This document shows positions 63,121 to 64,000 of a stretch of DNA of 64,000 nucleotides, one piece after another; the first letter of the stretch is position 1; every line of letters starts with the position of its first letter. The notes under the pieces are model-generated. The model ran no database searches. It had not been told where the DNA came from and saw nothing but the letters and a program-made list of their open reading frames with translations. The DNA lies in assembly GCA_030704615.1 (NCBI GenBank), contig CM060731.1, forward strand, positions 12,958,001 through 13,022,000. Direction: 5' to 3'. The position numbers and the translations under genes are program-made. Origin of the DNA: Takakia lepidozioides (Eukaryota > Plantae > Bryophyta).

Positions 63121-63180
63121 ACCCTGAAAGGGAGGCAGGACCCGCAAGGGAAGAGGCTCTTATTTACACTAGCTCTGGCT
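63121..63180 (+). mobile_element. Isolated 3' end of the RLE retroelement/SINE-like family
   Basis: ccctgaaagggaggcaggacccgcaagggaagaggctcttatttacactagctctgg matches the minus strand of ~55663-55720. Confidence 0.6.
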
Positions 63181-63187
63181 GGCGTGA

Positions 63188-63665
63188 TATATATATATAT
63201 ATCCCACCAAAACTAGGCCATACATTTTTTTGAATATGTATTAAATATCAACATCAAGTATGATACTAGCCTAGTTAAATGGCACTCATAAACCCATTTT
63301 CCATCACTTATACATATCTGTATGGCTACATGTACGAAAATCTGTCATACATTTTATTAATATGTCATCTAATATACCACTTAAATGGTGAGGACTACGC
63401 TTACCCAACGAGTTGAAGAAGCGTATATATATATGCCACCAAAACTAGGCCATACATTTTTTTGAATATGTATTAAATATCAACATCAAGTATAATACTA
63501 GCCTAGTTAAATGGCACTCATAAACCCATTTTCCATCACTTATACATATCTGTATGGCTACGTGTATGAAAATCTGTCCTACATTTTATTAATATGTCAT
63601 CTAATATAGCACAAGCCCACTTAAATGGTGAGGACTAGGCTTACCCAAGGAGTTGAAGAAGCGTG
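63188..63665. repeat. Recent tandem duplication, 2 x ~235-240 bp
   Basis: atatat..ccaccaaaactaggccatacattttttt...gagttgaagaagcgt repeated with few differences. Confidence 0.93.
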
Positions 63666-64000
63666 TGAGGTGGTGTGAGGTGGTGGGCCCACTTAGTGGA
63701 GCTCCGGGAGGCTTCGGTAGACTGTCAGTCAAATCTCGTCCCACATTGGGAAGGTGGGGAGCACTCCACACCGGTGTTGGACCGGTATCATAAACATTTC
63801 ATACCAGCCAAGTCTGGTATTGTTGGTGAAGAGGCCTCCTTCATACCTGGTAGGTAATGGTATCAAAGTAGATATTAAACTTTTAATGTACCAGTCTGGT
63901 ATGTACATTGTTTTTGTTTGGTATGGTATGGTATCAGTATTGCAAATTTCAATTCTTATACTGGGGGTATATCAATACTGGTATCAATACAGCTCCATGG

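Overview
Eukaryotic, intron-containing, transposon-rich land-plant nuclear DNA. The PPR, F-box and P450 styles suggest a bryophyte or other non-seed plant (inference). Apparently intact genes: two minus-strand two-exon CYP703-like cytochrome P450 paralogs (6478-8242; 37632-39374), a 3-exon COA5/PET191 gene (43985-44679), and an 8-exon DNA polymerase delta subunit 3 gene (POLD3, 44790-49382) that starts only 110 nt after the COA5 stop on the same strand, making the pair a candidate bicistronic unit. Disrupted genes: an F-box gene with an internal inversion, a shattered PLS-class PPR cluster and a 3'-truncated U2 snRNA copy. Mobile elements: a Copia remnant, a scrambled chromovirus with a fold-back inversion, two TA-flanked MITEs (one rewrites a P450 C-terminus), a Harbinger remnant, a Helentron-like remnant and RLE-type non-LTR fragments. 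The most complex structure is a nest of Mutator-like elements with GCCAAGTAATAGAT termini. It carries a transposase, a Ulp1-like protease and an unknown zinc-finger gene, and an inverted 9-bp target-site duplication points to a transposon-mediated inversion. All family assignments come from motif recognition by eye; no searches were run.
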